64,000 bases of DNA from a virus, in IMG/VR virus record IMGVR_UViG_3300028571_000013, positions 61,190-125,189 of that record; one strand, written 5' to 3'. Numbering within the stretch: position 1 is the stretch's first letter; the number at the start of each line of letters is the position of its first letter. The position numbers and the translations under genes are program-made. Below are positions 55,408-64,000 of the stretch, one piece after another. A model generated the notes under the pieces. It saw only the letters and a list, made by a program, of their open reading frames with translations, was not told where the DNA came from and searched no databases.

Positions 55408-56414
55408 TTGATACCCATGGTTTCCTTGGTCTGAGCGAGTATTTTATCATAGGATTCTGGATTGTCAACAAGGAACTGTCTAAGTTTTTCTGTGCCTTGA
55501 AATTTTTGTATTTCTCCATTAACTTCTAGACTATACCAAGCTCCTCCCTTATTTATAATACCAATATCTATAGCTAACATCATAATTTCTGTAACCTTAT
55601 CTATACCCAATCCATATCTGATATAAGAAGTTGCGGTACCTCCTGGTGGCCCAAGAGCAGAGCAAAGAACCTGCCACTCTACCTCTTGTCCGATTTGAGT
55701 ATTATCGACCCCAAGTGTCCAGGGCTTGAATGTTTTTGCTCTCAGCTTAATATCTGTTTGATATGCTATTGCCTGACCGCTCTTTTCTTTAAACTCTGCC
55801 CCATATCCAGTTGGATTTCCCATAAGATGGGTAATACCAATAACTATATTTCTATTTACTGGTATAACATTGGAAACCTTCCTACAAAACTTTGCCAATA
55901 ACTTAGCCCCGTCGGCTCTTTGCATTTTATTCATCTCAGAAGTAATTTCCGCCTCTGTACACAAAGCAGAATATGAGTCAATAATTAATAGACATCCAGG
56001 CTCCTCATGAATTATTCTCTCTCCTATTTGTAAATACTCTTCTGCATTTAGAATTTTTCCTTCTTGAGAGCCTATGATATCAAACCTATCTAGGTCTAAA
56101 CCCTTAATACCTTCTAGATCTCTTTTCTTTAATCTACCCTCTATATTTAGATAGTACACATGCCTTGGTTTTTTTAAAGTACCTTTATACATATCTTTTT
56201 GTGCCGTTGCAGCAAAGTCTAATGACGTTGTTGTTTTGCCACATTTGGGCTGTCCAGTTAATACTACAAAACTACCTTCTGGAATACCACCAGATAATAT
56301 CATATCCAATGAAGGAGATAGTGGTATAACTACAGATGCACGATCCATCAAAGCAGTAGCGCTTTGCATAACTTCTGAACCAAAATTCTTTTTAACATCT
56401 TCTTTAAGTGCCAT
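55404..56414 (-). CDS. recA: RecA/UvsX-like recombinase
   Basis: SPSLDMILSGGIPEG, GQPKCGKTT, IIDSYSAL, GIINKGGAWYS. Confidence 0.9.
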   Translation of the reverse strand: MALKEDVKKNFGSEVMQSATALMDRASVVIPLSPSLDMILSGGIPEGSFVVLTGQPKCGKTTTSLDFAATAQKDMYKGTLKKPRHVYYLNIEGRLKKRDLEGIKGLDLDRFDIIGSQEGKILNAEEYLQIGERIIHEEPGCLLIIDSYSALCTEAEITSEMNKMQRADGAKLLAKFCRKVSNVIPVNRNIVIGITHLMGNPTGYGAEFKEKSGQAIAYQTDIKLRAKTFKPWTLGVDNTQIGQEVEWQVLCSALGPPGGTATSYIRYGLGIDKVTEIMMLAIDIGIINKGGAWYSLEVNGEIQKFQGTEKLRQFLVDNPESYDKILAQTKETMGIK

Positions 56415-56844
56415 CGTCTAACTCTCTTAATTTAGAAATGATATTTTTTGATTGATTACTGTCTTTACGGAATTTTGAGCTTTTAATTTGCCTAGAATCA
56501 TCATAGTTTTTTGATTCTTTTGTTTCTTCGACATCAAGCAACGCCTGTTCCTGCTCTATGATAGGTATCAGATGAGGAGCCCGCAAAGAATAAATATTAC
56601 GAGCCTTAATGTTTTTAAGTGCTTTAATAATAGCCTTTGCGCTGTACTGTTTAAGTAATTTATGTGCTGATCCTATCTGATTCCTATAAAATTTTTCCCA
56701 CTCTTTATTTGTCCAAAATTTATAATGCAAATCCATGTTGTCTTTGATTGCTTTATTTTCACAGATTATTTCAGTAATAAATTGCGCTGCTGATACATTT
56801 TTCCCATTAGAATATTTTGATGGGTAAGAATTTTTATCAATCAT
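56404..56844 (-). CDS. Hypothetical protein
   Basis: ATG overlapping the previous stop; operon context. Confidence 0.6.
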   Translation of the reverse strand: MIDKNSYPSKYSNGKNVSAAQFITEIICENKAIKDNMDLHYKFWTNKEWEKFYRNQIGSAHKLLKQYSAKAIIKALKNIKARNIYSLRAPHLIPIIEQEQALLDVEETKESKNYDDSRQIKSSKFRKDSNQSKNIISKLRELDDGT

Positions 56845-57160
56845 TGGGTCTAAAAATAAAGTCCTGGGTGTCTGTTCCTTTTCCATTAAATTTCTTTTTA
56901 AGATCATCGTTAAGTGCAGATGCCTCCTGTGTCATAATAGCTACGCTTGCATTCTGTTTTTGTGAAGTTTTAGTTATCATAAGAGCCTTTGACTTACTCT
57001 CTTTTTTTTCTGTAGTAGTCGGTTTAGGTTCAGAATGTACCCTTATAGCAGCTTCAACCTTCTCTATCCCTATGCCCAACTCTTCTGCAATATCTCCATG
57101 TTTTTTATTTTGAGAATGTAACCATAGGATAGCATATTCTTGATTCTTGTTCTTTTTCAT
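56837..57160 (-). CDS. HTH DNA-binding protein
   Basis: KKHGDIAEELGIGIEKVEAAI helix-turn-helix. Confidence 0.6.
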   Translation of the reverse strand: MKKNKNQEYAILWLHSQNKKHGDIAEELGIGIEKVEAAIRVHSEPKPTTTEKKESKSKALMITKTSQKQNASVAIMTQEASALNDDLKKKFNGKGTDTQDFIFRPND

Positions 57161-57501
57161 ACTAATACCTCTCTTTGTACATTATATAATAATGACAGAT
57201 TTTGTGAATTTAAAAATTTAAGATACATATCGAATATATTTTTATTAACCCCAATAAATCTAATATCCTGTTTATCAAAAAGGTTGTTAGATATTTTTTT
57301 GTGACCATAAATATTAAACGGATTGAAAACACTATTACCATTTATCATAATATAGTATTTGACTTGCTTATCCTTATAGATTTTTTTAGCGTATATTTTC
57401 TTTGAATCGCTATCGACTACAGAATTTCCATCGCCGTCTTGAGCTACGCTATCAATATAACTAGTATAGTATTGGTCTTTATTAGAATTTATGTTGGCCA
57501 T
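57157..57501 (-). CDS. Hypothetical protein, paralogue of 57838-58251
   Basis: Shared YAK..YY.M.N...NP..F..V....FD.Y..FL...NL.LL pattern. Confidence 0.65.
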   Translation of the reverse strand: MANINSNKDQYYTSYIDSVAQDGDGNSVVDSDSKKIYAKKIYKDKQVKYYIMINGNSVFNPFNIYGHKKISNNLFDKQDIRFIGVNKNIFDMYLKFLNSQNLSLLYNVQREVLV

Positions 57502-57836
57502 TTTGGCTTTTGTGGTTTCTTCATCCTTGACATTCCTTGTGGTAAAGGCTTATCTGAGGCTGCTTCCTTATAGTTATTATGGTTATCGTATAATGATCTT
57601 TTTTGATCATCAGTCATTTTGTCTCTATTACGATTTGCCAAGTCTCCTATAGTTTTTAGTTCACTGTCTGATTTTTTAACAGATGCGGAGAGTGTTGATA
57701 TGTCTTCGTTATAATCTCTATTAGATACCGCCTTGCAGACGGGGCATTTTTTAGGACTATCAGTATAATTACTAATAGAGAAAAATAATTCAAAACTATG
57801 CGAGCACTTCACACACTTATAAGAATAGGTTGGCAA
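57489..57836 (-). CDS. FmdB-family zinc-ribbon protein
   Basis: MPTYSYKCVKCSHSFE...CPVC. Confidence 0.85.
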   Translation of the reverse strand: MPTYSYKCVKCSHSFELFFSISNYTDSPKKCPVCKAVSNRDYNEDISTLSASVKKSDSELKTIGDLANRNRDKMTDDQKRSLYDNHNNYKEAASDKPLPQGMSRMKKPQKPKWPT

Positions 57837-57837
57837 C

Positions 57838-58251
57838 TTACTTCAAGCTCCTATTAGCTTTTTGTAATAGTCTTAGATTTTTAGTTCTTAAAAAGTCTAT
57901 ATATGTATCAAAAACTGATTTATCAACCTCTTTAAAAGACCATTCGGTTTTACAAACCTTATCAACAAATTTAGACTTTTCTTTAACAGATGAGTGTATC
58001 TGTACGGGGTTGTAAAGCTCATTCTTGGGATTTAACATTACATAATAACTATGATACTTTTTGTTATCGGCAATATGTCTAGGTTTCTTATTAAGAATAG
58101 CTTTCGCATAAACAATATCTGATTGTTCATTGCTACAGGGATTATTGTCTGTATCTAAAAAATCTTGCCGACCCATAAGAGTATAATACTTATTGTCTGG
58201 AATCTCATTGTCTTTGTGTTGTATGTCAAAATCTTTGATATTGATTTTCAT
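57838..58251 (-). CDS. Hypothetical protein, paralogue of 57157-57501
   Basis: Same shared pattern as 57157-57501. Confidence 0.65.
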   Translation of the reverse strand: MKINIKDFDIQHKDNEIPDNKYYTLMGRQDFLDTDNNPCSNEQSDIVYAKAILNKKPRHIADNKKYHSYYVMLNPKNELYNPVQIHSSVKEKSKFVDKVCKTEWSFKEVDKSVFDTYIDFLRTKNLRLLQKANRSLK

Positions 58252-58816
58252 TGGTGTGTTCCGTTTTAATGAAATTTTCCCACTCTGGAGTATAATCTAT
58301 ATTAGACAAGGCGTGGAACCATGGCAAGTATTTTTGATTATACGTGGGTACTTTGGGTTTATTTAATAGGGCCATACCAGCTTCTTCTGGCGTTTTATTA
58401 GCTTTTTTACGATTACACTTACAACACGCAGTAACTATATTGTGCCAACAGGTTGGAGACGTTTTATTTTTCCATTTAGATTTTGGTATAACATGATCAT
58501 AAGTTAATTTAAGACGATGATATTGTTTACCACAGTATTGACAAGTATGATTATCTCTTAAGAATAGATTCTTTCTTGAAAATTTTACATATTTTCTATA
58601 TGTGTGAATATAGGTATTAGATTTAATAATAGATGGAAGTCTATATTGGTTATTTAACCCAATAATATATTCGTTATGATATGCTAAAATATCAATACTA
58701 GGATATTTTTGTTCTTGTGTTTTAATATACCAACAAATAGATTTTTTCCAATCTATGATAGTAACTGGGGTATAGTCTACATTCAACAGTAAACACGCTT
58801 TATGAATTTTGCTCAT
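58226..58816 (-). CDS. HNH endonuclease (McrA-like)
   Basis: CLLLNVDY.P; FSRKNLFLRDNHTCQYCG..LTYDHVIPKS..WHNIVTACCKCNRKKANKTPEEAGM. Confidence 0.92.
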   Translation of the reverse strand: MSKIHKACLLLNVDYTPVTIIDWKKSICWYIKTQEQKYPSIDILAYHNEYIIGLNNQYRLPSIIKSNTYIHTYRKYVKFSRKNLFLRDNHTCQYCGKQYHRLKLTYDHVIPKSKWKNKTSPTCWHNIVTACCKCNRKKANKTPEEAGMALLNKPKVPTYNQKYLPWFHALSNIDYTPEWENFIKTEHTNENQYQRF

Positions 58817-59531
58817 GACCATCAAGTTTGGACATAATATGTGCTATAATAGGATTTCTAACAATATCAACATATTCTAATCTACTAGATCCAATTCCAT
58901 TTACTTCACTAAGAAGTTTTGCCATAGTAGCAAAGCCGCCACGATATGATCTTTGCAAATCAGATTGCGCAACGTCTCCTGTTAATACCATTTTACTATC
59001 CATGCCTATTCTGGTTAATAACATTTTTAATTGATCATAAGAAGCATTCTGACACTCGTCAGCAACTATAAAACACTTATGGAAACTTCTTCCTCTCATA
59101 AGCCCCAGAGGCACTATTTCTATTCTATTTAAAAGTTTAAGTTTATTATATAATGGTGATGTTATAAAATAATTAATTTCATCTAAAATAGGCAATAAAT
59201 AGGGATGTAATTTTTCTTCCGCTGTTCCTGGCAAATAGCCAAGTTTTTCACCAGCTTCCAATACTGGTCTTGTGATTACAATTCTTTCAATTTTTTGATT
59301 TAACAAAGCTTCTAAAGCCATACCTATTGCAATATGCGTTTTACCGCTACCAGCAACACCATGACAAAATGTAATAGTATTTTCTACGACTGTTCTTATA
59401 TATTCTGCCTGATTGTGTGTTTTAGGCTTTAGTCTATTCTTAAAGTTAAAGATTACATGATCTTCTGGTACTAAATTAGCAGTTAGATCTAAGGCTTTTT
59501 TCTGGTTTTTTCTGGTTGTTTTTTTTCTCAA
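58800..59531 (-). CDS. phoH: PhoH-like ATPase
   Basis: GVAGSGKT, ITRP, LGYLPG, MRGRSF, DECQN, LTRIG, GDVAQSD, IVRNP; TTG start with GAAAGG RBS. Confidence 0.95.
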   Translation of the reverse strand: MRKKTTRKNQKKALDLTANLVPEDHVIFNFKNRLKPKTHNQAEYIRTVVENTITFCHGVAGSGKTHIAIGMALEALLNQKIERIVITRPVLEAGEKLGYLPGTAEEKLHPYLLPILDEINYFITSPLYNKLKLLNRIEIVPLGLMRGRSFHKCFIVADECQNASYDQLKMLLTRIGMDSKMVLTGDVAQSDLQRSYRGGFATMAKLLSEVNGIGSSRLEYVDIVRNPIIAHIMSKLDGHEQNS

Positions 59532-59554
59532 GTTATTTACCTTTCGGAATAGAG

Positions 59555-62500
59555 TTAAATCAGACACGCGCCACCAGCACAACTAATTTCTTCTATTCCT
59601 ACGGTATTATCCTCGTCCTCAAATAGTTGTGTATAATCTACTTTTGAGAAACTTTCGTACAAATCACAATATAACTTCCAATTATAAACATCCTTCATGC
59701 AGTATGTCAATCTTTTAACATCTCCCTCAAAATATTTACCAGCAAAATTTTTCATTTTAGTTATAAATCTAAGCTTATCTTCGCTATCATTATCTTTGGC
59801 TTGATTCAGGTTAACGTAATCACAAGCTGCCCAGAGGTTATTATTGAATGCATTTAGTCCTAACTCTATTAGTCCGGAACACCATAAAGCAGCATCTCCG
59901 TACTCTTTTACAACCTCTCTACTGGTATAGACAGTAGTAAATGGAGCTTGAGTATAGTCTTTGTCCCCACTTTGTGGAATTAAGCTTATACCAGCAAAAA
60001 ATTTCCTATTATCATAGATATATTTTATTACTGAATTCCATTCATCTGGTTTAACGGTAACGGTATTGCTCACATTATGACTCAAATAAGATTGTGTGCA
60101 TAATGACCTATTTTTACCAGAATATACCCAGTTTTTTTGGGTTTCTTTTACTATTGATAACATTTCTACTGCTGGTAACTGATTCCTTAGTTTAGCGCCA
60201 TCTGGTACCTCTATAGGAAACTTAATGACCTCATCAGTATTGTTAGCAGACCATGAGGACTTCTCACAGGCCTGCGGGTTTACTTTTTTGAAGTGTTGGT
60301 ATGGGGCCTCTAAAATATTCGCCTGTACGTGTCTTATATAGCGTTTAGCGTGGTGTGGGTGTATACCAGAGCTTGTGCCTAACATACTACTGCTCGTACC
60401 TTCTGGCTTTAAACAGGTTACTCTGGCCGCTTGATTGATGCCAATTTTTTTAGCAATTTGTTTATTGGTTTCCACGGCTATTTGAGCACCCTGCTTTAGT
60501 ACTTTTTCCGTTAGGATAATATCATGTTTTTCCATGATTCCTGTTAGAGATACTCCTAAAAGTGCCTCTCTTTCAAAGATTTTGCAACTAATTTTACCGA
60601 GATAATCTAGTTTAGTAAAACCAGCCTGTAAAGTGCCTATGATAGCAGCAGCCTTGCATCTCTCGTAGAAATCAGCCTCATCTATTACAGAAGAGCAATT
60701 TACTGTGGATAGATTGCAACCCTGCCAACCAGACTTACCGGACTCTTCGTCTACAGGCCACATGCCGACCTCTACGCAGTTATGAACATAAACGCCGTCG
60801 TTATCGAAGGCGTGAATATCTTCGACTGTGCAATCGTATACATCTAATTCCCCAACTATAGTTTTATTAATAAGCGTATCGACGAAGTTAGTTCTATTTG
60901 GCATTCTTTGATAGTTATTAACTATTGTTTGAATTTTTTGAGCTTTGTCAATATTCTTAATAGGAACGTATTTTGAAAATCTGACTATATTATCGCTGCT
61001 AATCACTAGTTCATGAGATGCTTGGCAGAAATAGCTTTTTGTTCCACCGTTGCCGTCTGGCATCGCCCTGTCACCTTCTAATCTACGATTTTTGTAAATC
61101 TTAGAATAAATGCCTAAAGAATTAAGTGCTATTTGTAGATTTTGCAAATTTTCTAATTGAATAGATGATATTCTTAAAGAAGATCCTTTAATATTATTCA
61201 CAAGCACTGTTCCATCGGCATCAAAATATCCAGCAATCAAACCAGAAATATGATTCCACGAACCGCAAATAGATTTTTTACTTACTCTTTTGGATGTCCC
61301 GACCATACAATCATGCTTTGTTGCGAATTCCATTAACTTTTTGGATTCTATAGAACTATAAACAGCGATAGAGTTTTGTTCCTGTTTATTATGGTTATTG
61401 ATAAAACCAACATCTGATAGCATTTGATATGCTTCTGTTCTGTATTGTTCTTTAGATTCTCCCCACCATTTTAATTGCGCTGAATTTTTACTATTGTTTC
61501 CATCTCCTAAGAATAAACCTAGTAAATACCCCTTTTCCCAATCCCTATCAGATTGATTCAATTTTGCTATTCCATTAGTAACTCCTATATGATTATTAAT
61601 AACTACATTTTCGCCAAAACTAATATCCTTAGCTTCTTTCCAGCCAGTTTTTGTCATTATCTTGTGATTAGGAGTTACTTTTAATGATCTACCAGACTTA
61701 AATTGTAGTTCGATTACTTGTTTTGTGCCAGTTTTCCAAAAACCCTTATAGCTAGGATATGATACTCCATCAACGATAGCATTAAACGGCTTGTCAACAA
61801 GTTCAGAAACCATCTGTATCCCACTATCTGTTACTACTGTGGAATCGGCTACTACACAAGGATTAAAGGTCATTTCTGTGGAATCGCTCCAAATAAATCC
61901 CGGCTCACCAAATTCTTTGACACTAGCCATTAGTTTTTCAAATTGCTCTAATGACGTATCGTCTTTAAGTAGTAGTGCTGAGTTATTACTTCTTGCTCTT
62001 TGTGGATTATTTATGTACCAATTGCCTGTTTTAGCCTTTGCCATCTCCTCGTCATCAGCACTAAAAAGAGCCAAAGACGCGCTTCTACGAACGCCGCCGG
62101 ACAATACAGCATCACTACTATGCATAATAATGTCGTAGGCATCGATTGGCCTTAATTTTTTCTGACCTTTAGCTATACAATTATCTAGTAATACTCGGAT
62201 TTTTTCAAGACCATTTTGTAGCGGCTCAAAACCAGGAGCTTTACCAACTCCAGAACTTAAAGAAGATCCTTTTTTGCGTATATTGGAATAATCAAATATA
62301 ACATGGGCATTCTTATATTCCTTAAATTCTTCTATTGGTTTACTAAAATATGAGCTTAATAGTACCCCAAGAGCATCTGCCCACCCCTCAATACTGTCTT
62401 CTACAAAATATTTTGTTACATTTTCGGACGTTAGATTGTGTTCTAGGGTAGGTAGTTTTGCAATGTGGTGTTTTTGTACACTAAATCCTGTGCCACTGCC

Positions 62501-62827
62501 GCACAAAAGTAGCCAAAAACACTCTTGGAAAAACCTTAGTCTATCACAATAAGAGCTGGTACAATTATAAATTTTAGCATGTCTTTTCGTAATAGGTTCT
62601 CCGCCGAACTGTAAAGCTCTTTGACTGCCGAGCACCTTTTTCTTGTACATTATATCATAAGCCCAATCAATATCAGCCGTAATATTTTTGTCAGCATATG
62701 CCGTATGCATCATATTCCTAACTCTGTCAACAGCCTCTTTCCACGTTTCTCTTCTGTTTTGGTCTTCTATCCAACGAGCATATTTGCTAACAAAAGTATA
62801 ATTCTGCAATTCTTGAAGTGCTGACAT
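59555..62827 (-). CDS. nrdJ: Class II (B12-dependent) ribonucleotide reductase containing an intein
   Basis: YNC, LLCGSGTGFSV, SGGVRRSA, RARSNNS, GEPG, NP[intein]CVE, GCNL, KPEGT. Confidence 0.92.
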   Translation of the reverse strand: MSALQELQNYTFVSKYARWIEDQNRRETWKEAVDRVRNMMHTAYADKNITADIDWAYDIMYKKKVLGSQRALQFGGEPITKRHAKIYNCTSSYCDRLRFFQECFWLLLCGSGTGFSVQKHHIAKLPTLEHNLTSENVTKYFVEDSIEGWADALGVLLSSYFSKPIEEFKEYKNAHVIFDYSNIRKKGSSLSSGVGKAPGFEPLQNGLEKIRVLLDNCIAKGQKKLRPIDAYDIIMHSSDAVLSGGVRRSASLALFSADDEEMAKAKTGNWYINNPQRARSNNSALLLKDDTSLEQFEKLMASVKEFGEPGFIWSDSTEMTFNPCVVADSTVVTDSGIQMVSELVDKPFNAIVDGVSYPSYKGFWKTGTKQVIELQFKSGRSLKVTPNHKIMTKTGWKEAKDISFGENVVINNHIGVTNGIAKLNQSDRDWEKGYLLGLFLGDGNNSKNSAQLKWWGESKEQYRTEAYQMLSDVGFINNHNKQEQNSIAVYSSIESKKLMEFATKHDCMVGTSKRVSKKSICGSWNHISGLIAGYFDADGTVLVNNIKGSSLRISSIQLENLQNLQIALNSLGIYSKIYKNRRLEGDRAMPDGNGGTKSYFCQASHELVISSDNIVRFSKYVPIKNIDKAQKIQTIVNNYQRMPNRTNFVDTLINKTIVGELDVYDCTVEDIHAFDNDGVYVHNCVEVGMWPVDEESGKSGWQGCNLSTVNCSSVIDEADFYERCKAAAIIGTLQAGFTKLDYLGKISCKIFEREALLGVSLTGIMEKHDIILTEKVLKQGAQIAVETNKQIAKKIGINQAARVTCLKPEGTSSSMLGTSSGIHPHHAKRYIRHVQANILEAPYQHFKKVNPQACEKSSWSANNTDEVIKFPIEVPDGAKLRNQLPAVEMLSIVKETQKNWVYSGKNRSLCTQSYLSHNVSNTVTVKPDEWNSVIKYIYDNRKFFAGISLIPQSGDKDYTQAPFTTVYTSREVVKEYGDAALWCSGLIELGLNAFNNNLWAACDYVNLNQAKDNDSEDKLRFITKMKNFAGKYFEGDVKRLTYCMKDVYNWKLYCDLYESFSKVDYTQLFEDEDNTVGIEEISCAGGACLI
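60779..61858 (-). mobile_element. Intein (360 aa) with LAGLIDADG homing endonuclease
   Basis: Starts CVVADS, block B VTPNHKI, LGLFLGDG and IAGYFDADG motifs, ends VYDCTV...VHN followed by Cys. Confidence 0.95.
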
Positions 62828-62872
62828 CTGTGCTCCTTAGATTATATTGACTGTTGTCCGAATGATAAAACT

Positions 62873-62901
62873 TTTATATTAGAAAAAGTTATATATGTCA
62901 A
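62873..62901 (-). promoter_or_regulatory. Sigma70-type promoter for nrdJ
   Basis: TTGACA (62896-901), 17 nt, TATAAA (62873-78). Confidence 0.65.
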
Positions 62902-62946
62902 TTTTTTAGCTCTGTGTAAAAGATTATGATTACATTTTATGACTTA

Positions 62947-63414
62947 CTATACACCATCAACGATATTTTTTATCCAAGACATATCTGGATCTATTCTAAC
63001 TATTTCAATACCTGTTTGCTCTACAAACTTATCAAATCTGTCTTTGGCTTCTTGATCAAAAAGGACTGTGCCGTGGCTATTTGACATCACAACTTTACCC
63101 ACCCCCTCCTGCCATAAGGACATTATACAATCATTACAACTTTGTCCAGTTATATAAGCTATTCCGTTATCTGGGCGAATTGTACAATTAGATAGAGCAT
63201 TACGCTCTGCGTGTATCATCCAATGATATTTTTCTGGTCTTGTTATCGGCAATAGCTTGTCGTCCATACCTCTAGGAAATCCATTATATCCGACTCCAAG
63301 TATACGATTTTGTTGATCTGTTATGATACATCCGTGTTGAGTATGTATATCATGGCTACGCTGAGAAACAACTTTAGCTAATCCTAAAAAATAATGATTC
63401 CAAGAAGGTCTCAT
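62947..63414 (-). CDS. dCMP deaminase
   Basis: MRPSWNHYFL..A..VSQRS, GYNGFPRG, HAERNAL, SCNDC; start placed downstream of the promoter. Confidence 0.92.
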   Translation of the reverse strand: MRPSWNHYFLGLAKVVSQRSHDIHTQHGCIITDQQNRILGVGYNGFPRGMDDKLLPITRPEKYHWMIHAERNALSNCTIRPDNGIAYITGQSCNDCIMSLWQEGVGKVVMSNSHGTVLFDQEAKDRFDKFVEQTGIEIVRIDPDMSWIKNIVDGV

Positions 63415-63448
63415 AGTATCCTGTGTTTTTTGTGTGGCTTGATACTGT

Positions 63449-63477
63449 ATTGTATCTCGTGTCTTCTGCTGTGTCAA
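63449..63477 (-). promoter_or_regulatory. Sigma70-type promoter for dCMP deaminase
   Basis: TTGACA (63472-77), 17 nt, TACAAT (63449-54). Confidence 0.75.
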
Positions 63478-63624
63478 GAGAGTCATTCCGATACTTGGGC
63501 ATATTATAGAATAATAAAGTCCATAGGTTGATCTAATATACACTCAAGCATTGAGTCGTCAGAACTACCACTTTTATTTCGTATTTGATCTTCGAGCCAA
63601 TGTCCAATAACCACCTCTTTTTTA

Positions 63625-64000
63625 ATGTTGGTTGTTTTAATTTTAGGCAATCATGATGGTCCTGCTGAAGTTCTTTCGCATTTATTGGGCATAGATTTTC
63701 TGGAGGAGTATGTATTTGAGAGCGGGAATAAGAAAATTTTGGCTTTACACGGTGATAGATTTGACAGCGTTATAACAGACAGACCAATATTGGTCTATTT
63801 TGCGGACAAAATATACAAATTTATTCAAAAAATAGACAAAAGTTTTTATTTAGCTAAGCTTGCCAAGAAAAGCAGCAAGACTTTTTTAAGAAATGCAGAA
63901 ATTATAGAGAAAAAATCAACTGATTATATGAGAAAAATTGGCTGCGACATAGTTTGTTGTGGTCATGTGCATTATGCGACTGCAAAACCGCATACGGGTT
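63625..64000 (+). pseudogene. LpxH-like calcineurin-type metallophosphoesterase lacking its N-terminal motifs; runs off the window
   Basis: ILGNHD, LALHGDRFD and CCGHVH are present; the DxH and GD motifs are absent, with an in-frame TGA at 63586. Confidence 0.65.

Noticed and set aside
63415-63543. N-terminal extension of dCMP deaminase suggested by the ORF track
   Set aside because: The region holds a consensus promoter, and family similarity starts at MRPSW (63414).
1-64000. Alternative genetic code, tRNA or rRNA genes
   Set aside because: Conserved genes read through in code 11 with all three stops used, and intergenic gaps are short with no cloverleaf recognised.

Overview
This 64 kb window is an AT-rich fragment of a large tailed dsDNA phage genome (standard code, no host identifiable from the sequence). 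Two convergent blocks meet at about 38.5 kb. The + strand (1-38489) encodes virion morphogenesis: tail-fibre-like genes, head-tail joining genes, two tail-tube paralogues, chaperones, a 5853-aa tape measure protein (TMP) and Cys-rich tail-tip proteins. The - strand (38503-63414) encodes replication, recombination and nucleotide metabolism: SSB, a DnaE polymerase split into two genes around a DEDDh exonuclease, a PD-(D/E)XK nuclease, dNMP kinase, primase, DnaB, RecA, HNH, PhoH, an intein-containing class II RNR, dCMP deaminase and a glycosyltransferase cluster. The most striking feature is the TMP. It is built as cassettes separated by a repeated GG-x-IQ-x-F-x-x-GG linker that is conserved at DNA level. 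The cassettes include a VIP2-like ADP-ribosyltransferase, a HAD phosphatase, a PD-(D/E)XK nuclease-like domain, an H-Y-type ART, a J-domain-like segment and several unknown domains, suggesting a shufflable effector array delivered with the DNA. Also notable are a near-perfect 1.1 kb duplication of a GC-rich fibre-tip plus oxygenase cassette, a recurrent GGTGTAT motif upstream of late genes, a probable ATT start codon and a junction of two headless genes at the right end. All domain calls come from motif reading by eye and need HMM or structure confirmation.
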